A stretch of DNA of 64,000 nt from Eledone cirrhosa. Taxonomy: Eukaryota. Position numbers and translations under genes: made by a program. The notes under the pieces were generated by a model that worked only from the letters and a program-made list of their open reading frames with translations, made no database searches and was not told the origin of the DNA. The stretch spans positions 337,900,001-337,964,000 of the forward strand of contig OZ024741.1 in assembly GCA_964016885.1 (NCBI GenBank). The letters run 5' to 3'. Every line of letters starts with the position of its first letter. The first letter of the stretch is position 1. Below are positions 11,570 to 26,338 of this stretch, piece by piece.

Positions 11570-12370
11570 TGGTGACGCCGCCGCTCAAGCCACGTAACGT
11601 GGTTCAATCCTCCCCACAATACTGAGGTCATAACACTAATTGGGAATATCTTCCTCGGACTTCTTGACAAACACTTCCCACCCCAATACCACTACCACAA
11701 TATCATCAACAGAAACACTGTTAACCTTTCGTGCAGCACTACACCCAACTTTGCACAAAATATTGCTTCCTCTAACAACGCAAAACTCTTCTCTAACAGA
11801 AATATCAACGATATTAGTGGTGAGCAAACTAGGAGGGGTAACTGTCTAGATAGATCATCGTGCCCCCCTCAACAATAGATACCGAGAACGAAACGAAGTC
11901 TACCAGAGCAACGTGAGGACGGAACATTCCAACAAGGCCTACATCGGATTAACGGCCTATGAGTTCAAGACACGGTACTACCAACACCAACATCCATTTA
12001 GAAATCCAACCCGGTGACACGCTACAGCACTTCCTAACCATATTTGGGACCCCCAAGACAACAATATCACCTATTATCTAAAATGGAGCCTCCTTTCCAA
12101 GGCAAAATCTTACATGGGAGGACGCAGCCCGAACAATTTATTCTCGGAGGAAACAATCCAGATGCTGTTTGCCAAGGACCAACTATTAAACAAAAAGGAT
12201 GAACTCGTTACCTTATGTAAACACAGAATATATAGGACATATCTTGCTTTCAAACCCCCTCACGACCCAAGTGGGTAGATCTTGGTTTTAATATCCTTCC
12301 CACTTCCACACTAAGATAGAGGAAGCCCTAAGCATTCTTAGGTAGAAATAGAATATTTTCATTATTATAA
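11570..12370 (+). pseudogene. Decayed PLE 3' end (Naiad-type linker plus GIY-YIG endonuclease)
   Basis: Hand translation: VTWFNPP, LLDKHFPP, YIGLTAYEFKTRYYQH, LKWSLLSKAKSY, LLNKKDELVTLCKHR; homologous to ORFs at 34554 and 54558. Confidence 0.8.
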
Positions 12371-12408
12371 ACATATATATATATATATATATATATATAG
12401 GACCAGCT

Positions 12409-13280
12409 TTTTTCTGTATAGTTATAGCTGCACTTATCTACCAACTAAAGACGAATGCTCTTCCGGCTATCAAATATGAGGTAAAATCCTATCAAATCTT
12501 AACTATGCAGACGATCTAGCCATCATAAGTTACTCTAGAACTGATTTGCAAAACGTTCTGAATGTACTGGCCAAACATTCGCTAGAAGCTGGCTTACACA
12601 TCAACATCTCCAAAACAAAGTGTATGACAACTGATAAAAACAATGACAACTCACAATCTACAACCAGCAAATTGCTCAAGTTACAGAGTTTGTATATCTC
12701 GGTCACAAACTAGCATCCAACAACAATGGAATGGTCGTTGTGCAATATCGCATAACTCTAGGTTGGGAAGCTTTCAACGGGAACAAGGAAGTATTAACAT
12801 CAAAACAAGTTTCCTATCATTTGAAGGCTAAGATCTTCGATACTTACATCCTACCAGTTGTGTTATATGGTCTTGACTGTTTTAATTGGACGACAAGGTC
12901 ATTTCAGAAGCTCTCTACATTCCAGAACCGCACCATGTGACTTATGACTGGCAAGCGGCTCAGCCAACGTATCTGTATCAGTGAGCTGCTCACCATCACC
13001 AGGCTTAGACCAATCACATCAGTTGTCAGGTCAAGAGTGCTTAAACTGTACCATCATATCAAAAGATCAACTCTTGGTGTGAGTAAGCTATGCCAGGAAG
13101 GAAAGTTGGCTGGCAAGAGAAGCAGAGGCCGGCAGCCAAAACGATGGCTTGACAATGTCAACTTATGTATTGGACTTGACCTTTGCTCTTTAAACTCTGC
13201 TGTTGGTGATCGAACTTTGTGGAGAAAAATATCTCATGTTGATGCGCAGTCTGCAACTGGCGGAGTTTAGCGTCTGGATG
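12409..13280 (+). mobile_element. 5'-truncated, decayed RTE-type LINE with 13-bp target-site duplication
   Basis: LNYADDLA, ILPVVLYG and GKRSRGRQPKRWLDNV motifs; TSD tataggaccagct at 12396-12408 and 13281-13293. Confidence 0.85.
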
Positions 13281-14129
13281 TATAGGACCAGCTGAATAGA
13301 TACCTGTAACACATGCACAGACCTATTACTCACAGCTTTAGCACGAGGCACAAGTTTAATCGCAGACATTCCTGTACTGACGCAATGGCACGCCACGTAT
13401 ATAGAGTAAATGTGTACTATCATATAAACATATATTAGACCAGCGCGTAAGCACCATCAAGAACTATAGCGTTAGAATTGTTAAAGAAATATATTAGCTA
13501 GCATTCAACTCTATTACTTCCTTTTGCTAAGGTATTGCCATAGCTTTGATATACCTGTTAAAATTACATTTTGAGGCATTTCTTATATAAAATAGGAATC
13601 CATAATACTATATATTCTCAGCTAACTCACGATAGCGCGAGAACCGAAATAACTAGAACTATCTTTAAGATTAATAGTAGATTTATTGGTGTTTGAAATA
13701 AGTAAATTAGTGAATGAAGCGTTTTTCCCGGGCCATAGAGCAATTGATAACTAGATTTCTCTACGAGGAGGGGAAATCGTAATAAATTATGAATGCTAAG
13801 CCGTTTAGCCAATTGAAAGAAAAATCAAATTAACAAACACATAAATACACTACGCCATTCTCTTTGACTTAAATACGCCGAAATTAAAATTATTTCGTTG
13901 TTTCTTTTTCTTTTTCTTTTTCTTTTTCTTTTTCCTTTTGAATTTAATGTAGCTCAGTACAACGCCATTTTTACAGATTAGAAATATTTAATACGGAAAA
14001 ATTCTCTCTTAATAGCGTATGTGCGCAACTGACTAGCTTAACACTTTCAGGTCAATCAGTCTACCTACCCATTTCCTCTTGCTTTTTATCCTGTCTAGCC
14101 CCTTTCACGAGTGTGATACAAGTGTCATA

Positions 14130-14343
14130 AATATTAATAGTTGTTTCTACTTTTGGCACAAGGCCAGCAATTACCCAGTACATTACTTGTACTTTATTTT
14201 TTCGATCCCATAAGGATGAAAGCAAAGTTAACCTCGACGGGATTTGAACTCAGGCCGTAAAGGGACGTAACTATGCTGGAAAGCATGGCGTCCGACCCTC
14301 TACCGGACGCCATGCTTTCCAGCGTAGTTACGTCCCTTTACGG
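14130..14343 (-). mobile_element. SINE copy with 5' fold-back hairpin (14255-14343)
   Basis: Reverse complement of 15980-16137; ccgtaaagggacgtaactatgctggaaagcatggcgtcc is followed by its reverse complement. Confidence 0.8.
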
Positions 14344-14466
14344 TCTGACTAGACATTTAGTAGGACTAAACCAGTCATTTGAACAAGCACCCTCACACCG
14401 ATTACTGACCATTCCTAGAGAAAAACAAAAAGCAAGAGAACTTTTAAGATTTTTTTTTTTTGCTTT

Positions 14467-14565
14467 GACTTTCTTGATAAGTTCAGCTAGATTTCCGCCG
14501 TTCGAATACTGGTGCTTTAGTTCAAATTTAGCTGTCGAAACGGCTGGAGCTCAGCCGTCGGGGTC
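14467..14565 (+). ncRNA. Type I hammerhead ribozyme, UUGAUAA core variant, long stem III
   Basis: TTGATAA 14474-80; stem II cagctagattt/aaatttagctg; GAAA 14537; stem III cggctg/cagccg; GUC site; G-U-rich stem I. Confidence 0.65.
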
Positions 14566-15959
14566 CTGAATCTTTTCATATATATATATATCTATATACA
14601 CACACACATATATATATATATATAAATGTTTATATATAAATATGTATGTATATTTGTTTATATGTGTTTGAGTGTATGTGTATATACACATGTAGCAAGA
14701 GTTGCCTCCCTTGTTGTGACGAAAACATCACCAATAGAGTAACGCTCTCTAGACGGGAAGTAGATGGCGTTGCTTCCCGTTGGGGTGGCAGCCCTTTTTG
14801 TCACTTCCGTTCCAGCATCTATAAAGGGAATAACTTTCAGCTCTCTCCCTCTCATTTGCCTTTTCGGCTCCTGGCCTACGGCAAGGCGCGTTCGCTTGGC
14901 AACCACACGGTAACTAATAACTTTGCTTCATTCTTTCATCTATTCATTGACATGTCAACTATACTGTTCTATATAACCACAAATTGTTGATTAAATATTA
15001 TACACGCAAACCACGTCTCTCTTGTTATATTCATACACACCAGTAATTTGTTATACACACATATCGTGTTGAGGTAACATAAATGTCAGAATAAAACAAA
15101 ACCCATACAAATAGAAGAGCATCCTTAACTATTCTAAGAACCGATGAAGAAATATGGAAGTTGTCTTTCTTATGATAACAAACATGGTGTCATTGAGTCA
15201 GACGATTATATATTGAAAGAAACGTTTGAAGAAAAATTCACTTTCAGCCCACAAAAATAACAACGAATTGCTCTTTAGGTTATTTGTGTTCTCAGAAGTT
15301 GTAATGAAGCCTACATTATCCTTTAAAGCATAACCCTTTTCATACTAAACGCCTGAAAACTTCCCTTCTTCTCCAATATATGATGTATGACCCACCCTTA
15401 ACTCCTGGAGGTGTCAAAGAGGCGTTGTATGACAATCGGCATTCTAGGGCATTTCCAGGTCTAAATACCACACATTGTATCCAGAAAAATGATAGAGAGA
15501 GTGGGAGAATGGAAATGAATAAGAGATATAGAAGTGGTGTTTTTTTTTATGAACCCTGAAAGGCAAAGTTCACCTCGGTGGGGTTTGAACTCAGTGAGCA
15601 GAGAGCCGAAACGAATACTGCAAAACATTCTATCCGATGTTCTTACGCCTTTAATATTCTACAATACGAAACGTTATTTTACAGCATTTATATTTAATCT
15701 GAAAAGCTTATATATGTAAGGATCTTTGTTGTAATACTGCGGATTGATAAGGAGAAAAGAAGTTATATTACTAAATCCCTCCAAATTCGTGATTATTTGG
15801 AAATCTTAGACATAATTTATTTATTTAATATATGTTTGTATATAAAAAAGAAAATGTTCGCTCTACATGGCTGAATACAATAAATGGGTTCATTCTACTG
15901 ACATGGCTATAAAATTGAGGTTTGTTTGCATAATTGCAAACGAATTGAATGTTATTATT

Positions 15960-16137
15960 GATATCGGCAGAGGGTCGGGCATGCTTTCCAGCATAGTTAC
16001 GTCCCTTTATGATCTGAGTTCAAATCTCGCCGAGGTTAACTTTGCCTTTCATCCATACGGGGTCGATAAAATAAAGTACCAATAATGTACTGGGTAATTG
16101 CTGGCCTTGTGCCAAAAGTAGAAACAATTATTAATAT
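15960..16137 (+). mobile_element. SINE copy
   Basis: ctgagttcaaatctcgccgaggttaactttgcctttcatcc..tgctggccttgtgccaaaagtagaaac. Confidence 0.8.
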
Positions 16138-16377
16138 TCGAAAAACTCAGATTACATTTGTTTGTGTGTATATATATATATAGAACCCATATATATATAT
16201 ATAGTAATAAGAATATTCATATTTATATATGTTTGATACTACTATAAATATGGAGGGTAGTACTAAATACTAGCCGGTTACCGGTATGACAAAAGGCTCA
16301 ATGCAAATTTTCAAGTGTTTTACAGAGCCAAGATACAAAGTGTTAAAACGATCAAATTTTAGTTTAGAACATTTATT

Positions 16378-16424
16378 TGCTGACGATTGTTTCTTCCAGA
16401 GGGAAGTCTGGAATCATCGGAGCA
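16378..16424 (-). ncRNA. Minimal type I hammerhead (CCGAUGA core) in the 3' region of a PLE-like remnant (~16240-17330, minus)
   Basis: Minus strand: tgct CCGATGA ttccaga-cttccc-tctggaa GAAAC aatc GTC agca. Confidence 0.7.
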
Positions 16425-17392
16425 TAGGGAATGTCGAAACATGTTACTAAAATCCTAGTCATTTAGAACATTTAGGCTACATAATTGTTGTTAGTGTCAA
16501 AGGCATCATGTGGAGAGTCAGGAGTTAAAAAGATGTTCTGCTTGAAAGAACACAATTACATGCAGTACTGGTTGAAAGTGTAAGGTGTATAAGCGAAAAG
16601 CACAAGCAAAAAAATACAGGCAAAAAAAGGGTTACAAGCAAGGAAAATTGGTGTACAATGCAGGAGTAAATACAGTCAATATGGCATGTATGAGGAAAGA
16701 GTTATAATGCAGTTGAAATAAACATATTTTGTGTGGGGTGTTAAAGCATGTTATAAGTGTTTAAGATAGTGTGCAATTTGTTAGAGAGGCATGTGGTGAT
16801 AACGCAGGTATTTGTTATGTAAGGTGTAATGCAAAGCACGTGATAGAGATGGATATGTGATTTTCATACAAGTGTTTTTGTGTTGTAGTTCGTATTGATG
16901 TGTATATGTTGTTTGTAACTCATAACCATGGGATTATTTTGAGTTGTTTATAGTCAATAGGTGTTTCTTTGTTAAATGTAAATTCCACCGAATTACTGGC
17001 CATGTTGTTATTGTAGGTATATTATCTTATGCATTTTTTATCTACAAATTATCTTTTCTAGGGTTTGTATTAACCGTTATTAAGCTGTTGGTAAACCGTT
17101 AGGTTGCTTAATTTTATGAGTTTACACAGGAAGTTGTAAAGGGAGTTAATAACAAAGGGGGTAATTAAGTTTGTTGATAAATTAAGGGTTGTTTTAATAT
17201 TGTAGTAGTGTTATTAATTAATCTTTATAGAGTATATAAAATATTATTGCTTATATAATTGTTATCTTTTAAACTTGTGTGGGGGGAGTTAAAAACATTT
17301 TTTAAATTATTTTATTATTTTATTATAATTAGAAAGTTTTTACATAGTTAGTATATGTATATAAGGTATATATATATATATATGTGAGAATG

Positions 17393-17429
<37 letters not shown>

Positions 17430-17437
<8 letters not shown>

Positions 17438-17606
17438 AGATCAAAAGATGGTTAAAGGAGTTCCATATATTTTATTATTTTAATATATGGAACTCCTTTA
17501 ACCATCTTTTGATCTGATATTATGCATACTCCAGTCCCACAAACTGTAGAGTGCTTCTTATCCGATATCTGCATTGCTTTATTGTACTACAACAAAACTC
17601 ACCTCC

Positions 17607-17610
<4 letters not shown>
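17430..17610 (+). mobile_element. 3'-terminal fragment of the PLE family at 53315-56160, with fold-back (hairpin 17430-17523)
   Basis: 17487-17610 is nearly identical to the reverse complement of 53316-53441; flanked by (TA)n. Confidence 0.85.
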
Positions 17611-17644
<34 letters not shown>

Positions 17645-17667
17645 TATATACATATATACACATATAT

Positions 17668-18085
17668 GTTAATTGCAGGGTATCAATATGAGGCTATTAT
17701 TTTTAGCATATCCACTAACACCACTTCTAACGTCCAGCGCACGAGGTGAGATATTCATTTGTGTGGCTTTTAGTTGTATGTGTTTGTTCCATTTGATCTT
17801 ATCTCTCGCTGAGGAAAGCCTACGGATTATCTGTTACAAACACAATTTTCAGCACGAAACAGATTAAATCTCTAATCTGTCCGAGAGATGAAATAGTTAT
17901 TGAGACGGTCTATATATATATTCTATATCTTCCGTTTGCTTCAGGTTAAATTTATCAAACCAATGTGGTATTTCAACCCTCGTAATTTTAGACACACAAT
18001 TTACTGTGTTTATTTCTAAATATATTATTATATAATGCTCAGTATTTATACTTTGAGCTTGTTAATTGCAGGGTATCAATATGAG
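17668..18085 (+). mobile_element. ~420-bp non-coding hammerhead element with 25-bp terminal direct repeat (retrozyme or non-autonomous PLE-like)
   Basis: gttaattgcagggtatcaatatgag at 17668 and 18061; internal hammerhead; TA arrays on both sides. Confidence 0.7.
17801..17889 (+). ncRNA. Type I hammerhead ribozyme
   Basis: Stem I atctctcg/cgagagat; CTGAGGA; GAAA; stem III acagatta/taatctgt; GUC site; stem II weak. Confidence 0.8.
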
Positions 18086-18104
18086 TTAGTAACTGTATTT
18101 TATT

Positions 18105-18151
<47 letters not shown>

Positions 18152-18159
<8 letters not shown>

Positions 18160-18308
18160 TTAGAAAACACTTGTTTGAAGAAAATATTTTAGAATTTAAA
18201 TACATTATTATCAATGTTCGATAGAACCCATATATATATATAACATTGATAATAATGTATTTAAATTCTAAAATATTTTCTTCAAACAAGAGTTTTCTAA
18301 ATACATAT
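18152..18308. repeat. Near-perfect AT-rich hairpin, ~65-bp arms
   Basis: atgtatttagaaaacacttgtttgaag...caatgtt followed by its reverse complement after a ~23-nt loop. Confidence 0.85.
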
Positions 18309-18959
18309 TCAAGTTAATACCTTTCGTTCGAAATATGTTAACGAAAGGGTTAAAGCAAGCGATTTAATATTGAATATATTTTAGTTGAGTCGTTTGGGCT
18401 CTGAGCCTCGGGCGCGGCGGTATGTTTTAAATAAACGTACAGTATATTATCAAATATACTATATATACATTTATATATACATCGCTAATTCAGAGCACCA
18501 ACACTAATATCTAATTTTTGCTGGGCCGGCAACCGCTCTGTATGTTAATAAGTTCAAACAGCTCATAAACATAACTGGAACTCTATAAGAATCCAGCTTC
18601 TATAACTTCTATAATGAAAGGAAAGGCGAATACAGATCAATTAAAATAATAAATTAAAGTGTACTAACCATCCAGTAATAACTATTACAACTGGACATGC
18701 TCAAATTAATGAAAGTGAAGATTACATATGGTAGAGGCCTCGTGAACAGGTGGACTACAATATATATTCGTCTTTCCTTTCGTAGACAATATGTTTATCG
18801 CTTTGGTGATTCATTATCCCCTATGATTAAACACATACCTCTATGTGTACTTCTCTCTATATACTGATTTATAAAGAACCCGGAATTTATTCCTTGAGCT
18901 CATTAAATTATATGGGATTAAGGTGAGTCTTTAACTCAATTTTTTATTTAATATATATG

Positions 18960-20665
18960 TATATTGTTATACTTTGGAAAGGTTATGTGCCAATAAAAAC
19001 ACACGCATCTGTTGGTTTTCATTTCATTTCATTATAAATTTCCGGATGGTTTATATATTGTCAGAGCTCTTTCGTCACACTTTCTGTGACCTCCTCAGAG
19101 AATGATTTCTTATTTTGTGTCTCGCTTTCTTTCTGTCATACACCATCTTATTGTTGTGTGCTTGGTTTGTGCATGCTTTACATCCAGATGTGTGTGCGTT
19201 TTTATTTATTTATGTGTTTATTTACTTGTCACTAGTTGGTTGTTTGTTTTGTCAATCTGTGTCTGGTTTGTTTTAATAGTTTGTTTTTTGTGTGTCTCTG
19301 TACGTCTTTATTTTATTCTTAATTACTAGTTGTGATGTTGTTACTATTCCACTCATGTTTTCTATTTAATTTTTGTTGGGGTTCGTTTATGTTTGTCGCC
19401 TCTGTAGTTTGTCTGAGCATTGAGTCTTTTCTGTGTGAGGATATACTTTTTATCTCTATGTCCTCTAGTGTGCCCCTATGTTCCATTTTGGCATGTTGGT
19501 GGAATACTGATGAGTTTTTCCCATCCTGGAGTTCTCACATGTGCTCATTTATCCTTTCTCCTATGCTATGCTACGGGCTGTCTCACCTATGTATGTTGTG
19601 TTCTTATTCCTACACTTACATTTTGTTTGTCTAGAGCCCTTCTAAATCTTTAAGCTAGTTCACCTCTATGGGTTGCATTGACGAACATTATTCTCTGGTA
19701 TTTATTGCTATCATACTATGAGTTGATTTTATTTGTCTTTTTCTTAATCCTTTCTATTTTATTCCAAAATTTGCTCCTATTCATTTGGCAAGTCCCATGA
19801 ATTTGAAGTAATGGTAGATGGTCTGCCTCTTTCTGGACTTGTTGGGTAGAGGCTGCTAAGGTCGTGTGTATCTAAATAATCCTTATCCTGTGTAAGTTTT
19901 AGTAGGAGCCCCAGCTCACTGATATTAATCGCACGGAATTCCACATCGCTCTCGCTGAACATTTCTACGCATTTTTCCACAGCAAAATAAACGTCGATGT
20001 TGTGTGTGTGTGTTGTGTGTGTGTGTGTCTGTGTGTGTGTGTGTGTGTGTGCTGTTGTTGTGTGTATGTGTTGTTAATGTTATTTTTGTTTTTTAATGTC
20101 CATCAAATTTTTATAAATGTATGTCTATCTCAGATAAACATTCTTTCACATTTACCTGACAAAATGTGGCATATTTATGCAGTAACTCTAGTACAGAGAG
20201 TTCGTCAGGATCAACTGTAGTCCTGCCGTATATATTTGTGTTGTTGCTGTTGAACTTATGGAATGTCTGCCATGTTTATCCCATCAACCGAATCCGCGTA
20301 TTTCTTTCTATGTTATGAAGTTTCTTGTTTTAGTTTTATCTGTTTGAGCCACGTTAATTTCTAGCTAAAATGGTTGTTGCATTTCTAAGTGATGTATTTT
20401 TCTTCTTGGTGTTAATGCTTATGTATTATGTTTTTTCTCTTGGTGTAGTGATCTTATTTATTTCTTGTATTAGGTTACGTTTCCGTTTTTCTTGTTGGCT
20501 AAGTTCTTAGTATTTTTTTATTTTTTAATGTTTAGAATTAGTGTTCGTTTAAGTCTATCAGCTTATCTTTTAGTAAGTTGGAGTCTTCTTACGTTGGTGT
20601 TGATGGTGTTGGTGTAAGCTCTGGATGAGGCACATTGTTTTATGAAGTGCAGTTGTCGAGTTGTT

Positions 20666-20668
<3 letters not shown>
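18960..20668 (-). mobile_element. Older, internally deleted copy of the PLE family at 25876-30100
   Basis: ITTRQLHFIKQCASS, DGINMADIP, EKCVEMFSESDVEFRAI and GIY-YIG remnants; same 3' UTR, hammerhead and tail. Confidence 0.85.
19060..19102 (-). ncRNA. Minimal hammerhead (homologue of 26094)
   Basis: Minus strand: CTGAGGA g-gtcac-agaaagt-gtgac GAAA gagc TC tgac. Confidence 0.7.
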
Positions 20669-20757
<89 letters not shown>

Positions 20758-20845
20758 CAAACATATGTTTTCGCTCTTAACGTGGTGGATACCTAAATGT
20801 ATTCGTGAATGAATAATAATATTATAATAATATCATAATATTATT

Positions 20846-21321
20846 AATATTCGGTTTGTTTAAAGTAAAGAGCCTCATAAAAAACACCACATGATAGATG
20901 AACAACTTCATCCTTTCGTTCCAGCGGTACCTGCGAAAAAAACAATCGACTATTATTTCGGAGTTTCTTGCCCCTTGTCAAGATTGTCTATTCTGCTCGT
21001 TTGCTACCATCTGGAACTTCCGAGAATACAAAGCATTCTCAAAAGGTATCCACCACGTAAAGAGCGAAAACACATTTTATTTTTCTTATTTACGGTAAAG
21101 CCGGTCGTAAAATTGTTTGGTATGCAAATGAGGCTAATCAGCCGATGTATACATATGAGAATACAATGTATTTTCAGCAGTTCCAGACGGTAGTTAACGA
21201 ACAGCTCCGAAACAATTGTCAATTATTTTCTCTCAGCTACCGCTGGAACAATAGGTTGAGGCTGCTCATCTACCACGAGGTGTTTTTATGAGGCTGTTTT
21301 CTTGTAAACAAACTGAATATT
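20846..21321. mobile_element. MITE with long (~105-120 bp) imperfect TIRs
   Basis: aatattcggtttgttta..gcctcataaaaaacacc..gttccagcggta aligns to the reverse complement of 21205-21321. Confidence 0.75.
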
Positions 21322-21645
21322 AATAATTGTTTCTACTTTTGGCACAAGGCCAGCAATTATCCCAGGGAATTATTGGTGTTTTATTTTATCAACCCCGTAA
21401 GGATGAAAAGCAAAGCTAACCTCGCCGGGTTACCGAATATTAATGATATGATATTATTTTGGCAGTATCGGTAGAGGGTCGGACGTCATGCTTTTCAGCA
21501 TAGAGTTATGCCCCTTTACGGTCTGGGTTCAAATCCCGCTAAGGTTAACTTTGCCTTTTATCCTTACGGGGTCGATAAAATAAACTACCAGTAATGCATG
21601 GGATAATTGCTGGCCTTGTGCCAAAAGTAGAAACAATTATTATAA
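21316..21645. mobile_element. Head-to-head pair of SINE copies (minus 21316-21430, plus 21460-21645)
   Basis: aattgtttctacttttggcacaaggccagcaattatccc and its reverse complement at 21600-21640. Confidence 0.8.
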
Positions 21646-21654
21646 TGTTATTAT

Positions 21655-21824
<170 letters not shown>

Positions 21825-21998
21825 AAAGTTCTATTTAAATTGTTGGGATACAACAAGTAAATATTTTTATAACTGATATAAAGCACTCGACAAATATTTG
21901 GAGTAGATATACGATATTAATAAATGATGTCCTCCAAAAGTAATGGTCGCATTTTGAAAGGGTACGTCAATGCTTATTTGTAAAACTGATATATATTG

Positions 21999-22063
21999 TA
22001 TTTTGTCTGATGAAGGCATACCATAATTTAACTTGGTATCCTTGAAATATGTATAATTAAATA
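21999..22063 (+). ncRNA. Minimal type I hammerhead in a ~280-bp non-coding island between TA arrays
   Basis: tattttgt CTGATGA agg(c)atacca..tggtatcctt GAAA tatgta TA attaaata. Confidence 0.7.
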
Positions 22064-22156
22064 AATATGGCTTTATAAATATAGTTTCCATTTATTAATA
22101 TCGTATATATATATATGTATATATATATGTATATATATATAGATATAGATATATGC

Positions 22157-22187
<31 letters not shown>

Positions 22188-22253
22188 CACATATATATAT
22201 TTATGTATATATATATATATATACATATACACATATATATATATTTATGTATA

Positions 22254-22284
<31 letters not shown>

Positions 22285-22295
22285 TTATGTATATA

Positions 22296-22329
<34 letters not shown>

Positions 22330-22368
22330 CATATATATATACATATATACATATGTATATATATATAC

Positions 22369-22423
<55 letters not shown>

Positions 22424-22608
22424 CATATATATACATATATATATACATATATATATACATACATATATATACATATATATATACATATATATACATATAT
22501 ATATATACATACATATATATACATATATATATACATATATATACATATATATATATACATACATATATATACATATATATATACATATATATACATATAT
22601 ATATATAC

Positions 22609-23335
<727 letters not shown>

Positions 23336-23706
23336 ATATATATGTATATATATATATATATATATAGTGTGGAACTGGGAGGTTTTTACCGTGTTACATA
23401 CACGGCCACATTACAGCGTGGACTGTGTGGTAACTAAATATGTTCACTTTCCTTCTAGTTTATTTTACACCTAATTCTGTTTAGTTGACTGTATATCTGG
23501 TCGATTTATACACGCTGTCGAGATACTCGATAAATACTCCGGCGCAACCGCCGCGAAGGGCTGCTTTCGGTTATTTGTCGGAGATTTCTTCATAGGAGCT
23601 TTTATTCTTATAGCTTGGTCTAATTGATTTTTTTATATGGTTAATTATGCTAATTGGGAGAGAAAACGGTATATATTTTATCTGGTGGTTCTATAGACAT
23701 GTTTTA

Positions 23707-23765
<59 letters not shown>

Positions 23766-23766
23766 T

Positions 23767-23799
<33 letters not shown>

Positions 23800-23842
23800 C
23801 ATATATATATACACACACACATATATATATATATACATATAT

Positions 23843-23939
<97 letters not shown>

Positions 23940-23968
23940 TATATATATATATATATACATTTATATAT

Positions 23969-24015
<47 letters not shown>

Positions 24016-24059
24016 TATATACACACACATATATATATATATACATATATATATATACA

Positions 24060-24111
<52 letters not shown>

Positions 24112-24222
24112 TATACATATATACATATAGATGCACACACATATATATATATATATATATACACACACATATATATACACACACATATATATATATATAT
24201 ATATACACACACATATATTTAC

Positions 24223-24287
<65 letters not shown>

Positions 24288-24808
24288 AATATATATATAT
24301 ATACAATATATATATAATACATATATAATATATATATATATAATACAATATATATATAATACATATATAATATATATATATATATATAATATATATATAT
24401 ATAATACATATATAATATATATACAATATATATATAATACTTTCTGTATTTATTATTCGTATAAAATATTGATTGTTATTCTGGTATCTCATCTCTGTTT
24501 TTACCCTAAGAAAATACCTATATGCGTGTATAAATAATACAGGCATATATTTATTTTTAAAAAATCTAATTGAGTTCTTCACACGCAAGGTTATGATTAT
24601 TGAAAGAATTAATTGACCCGCGTGCATATTATTTTATTTTCTTATGTTTCGCGATGACCTCCCCTTTCCGCTTGAGGACAGGGTGAAATTTCTCATTCTG
24701 AGACTGCTGGAATTTCAAATTTGGCGGTCATTCTGACGCGGAAGGTGACCATCGCTAAATATTGAATATCGGTAAGAAAATTTTTTTTATATCGATGTTT
24801 TACGGGCA

Positions 24809-24930
24809 TCCACTGATGATTTATAAGTGCCCACCTGCATATATTCCTACGGACTATGTGTAGGCTTCTACATAACCTGGACACATTTTTCACAACCTGT
24901 AGAAAACTTATAATGAAACAATTGTTTGGA
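24809..24930 (+). ncRNA. Type I hammerhead with palindromic stem III
   Basis: tcca CTGATGA t-ttataagt..acttataa-t GAAAC AATT GTT tgga. Confidence 0.8.
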
Positions 24931-25139
24931 AAGGGAGATATATTTTAATTATGTCTCATATAAAATAATACAACTGGCTATCCGCAAAATACATATAGTT
25001 AGCACCCCAAACGTAAAATAGGGATATACTAAGGTATATCCTAATGTTTGTTGAGTGAGATGGAAGTCAGTCGGAGTACTGCTTAAAGCTTTCTCTGTTA
25101 ATGTATTGAGTATATATATACATATATATATATATATAA

Positions 25140-25424
<285 letters not shown>

Positions 25425-25425
25425 C

Positions 25426-25478
<53 letters not shown>

Positions 25479-25535
25479 AATATATATATATATACATATA
25501 TATATACATATATATATACATATATATATATATAC

Positions 25536-25583
<48 letters not shown>

Positions 25584-25670
25584 TTATATATATATATATA
25601 TATATATACATATTTATATATATATATATATATATATACATATTTATATATATATATATATATATATACA

Positions 25671-25749
<79 letters not shown>

Positions 25750-25768
25750 TTATATATATATATATACA

Positions 25769-25881
<113 letters not shown>

Positions 25882-26093
25882 CGTTTCTGAATTTGTTTAG
25901 CAAGATTCTTTATCTGAAATCGTGTGTTGAAACCGATATTGTTATACTTTGGGAGGGTCATGTTGCCAATAAGAAACACACGCACCAGTTGCTTTCACTT
26001 CAATTTATTATATATTTATAAATTTATAAATTTATAAACTTATAAATTTCTGGTTGGTTGGTTGGTTCCACAACCAGATAGTTGTTTATATAT

Positions 26094-26138
26094 AGTCATA
26101 GTTCTTTCGTCACACACTCTGTGACCTCTTCAGTGACT
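26094..26138 (-). ncRNA. Minimal type I hammerhead in the PLE 3' UTR
   Basis: Minus strand: agtca CTGAAGA g-gtcaca-gagtg-tgtgac GAAA gaac TA tgact. Confidence 0.85.
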
Positions 26139-26338
26139 GGGGATTCCTTTCTTTGTTTCTGTGCCTCTCCTTTGTTCTGTCCTACGCCATTTTGTTTCTG
26201 TGTGTGTGTTGTGTGCTCAGTCTGCGCATGCGCCACATCCGGGTATCTGTGTGTGTTTATGTTCATTTATGTATTTGTTTATTTACATGTTACTGGTTGG
26301 TTGTTTGTTCTATGGGTGTGTGTGTTTTCATTCTGTCC

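Noticed and set aside
12312-12360. Hammerhead-like relic after the Naiad fragment (also ~15141-15230 and ~23536-23600)
   Set aside because: Core nucleotides and stems are too decayed to call, although the position is suggestive
14691-15109. Possible solo LTR (TG...CA, TATA box, AATAAA)
   Set aside because: No target-site duplication and no second copy in the window
21140-21225. GAAACAATTGTC resembling a hammerhead stem III
   Set aside because: No valid CUGANGA core or stem II; it lies within the MITE inverted repeat
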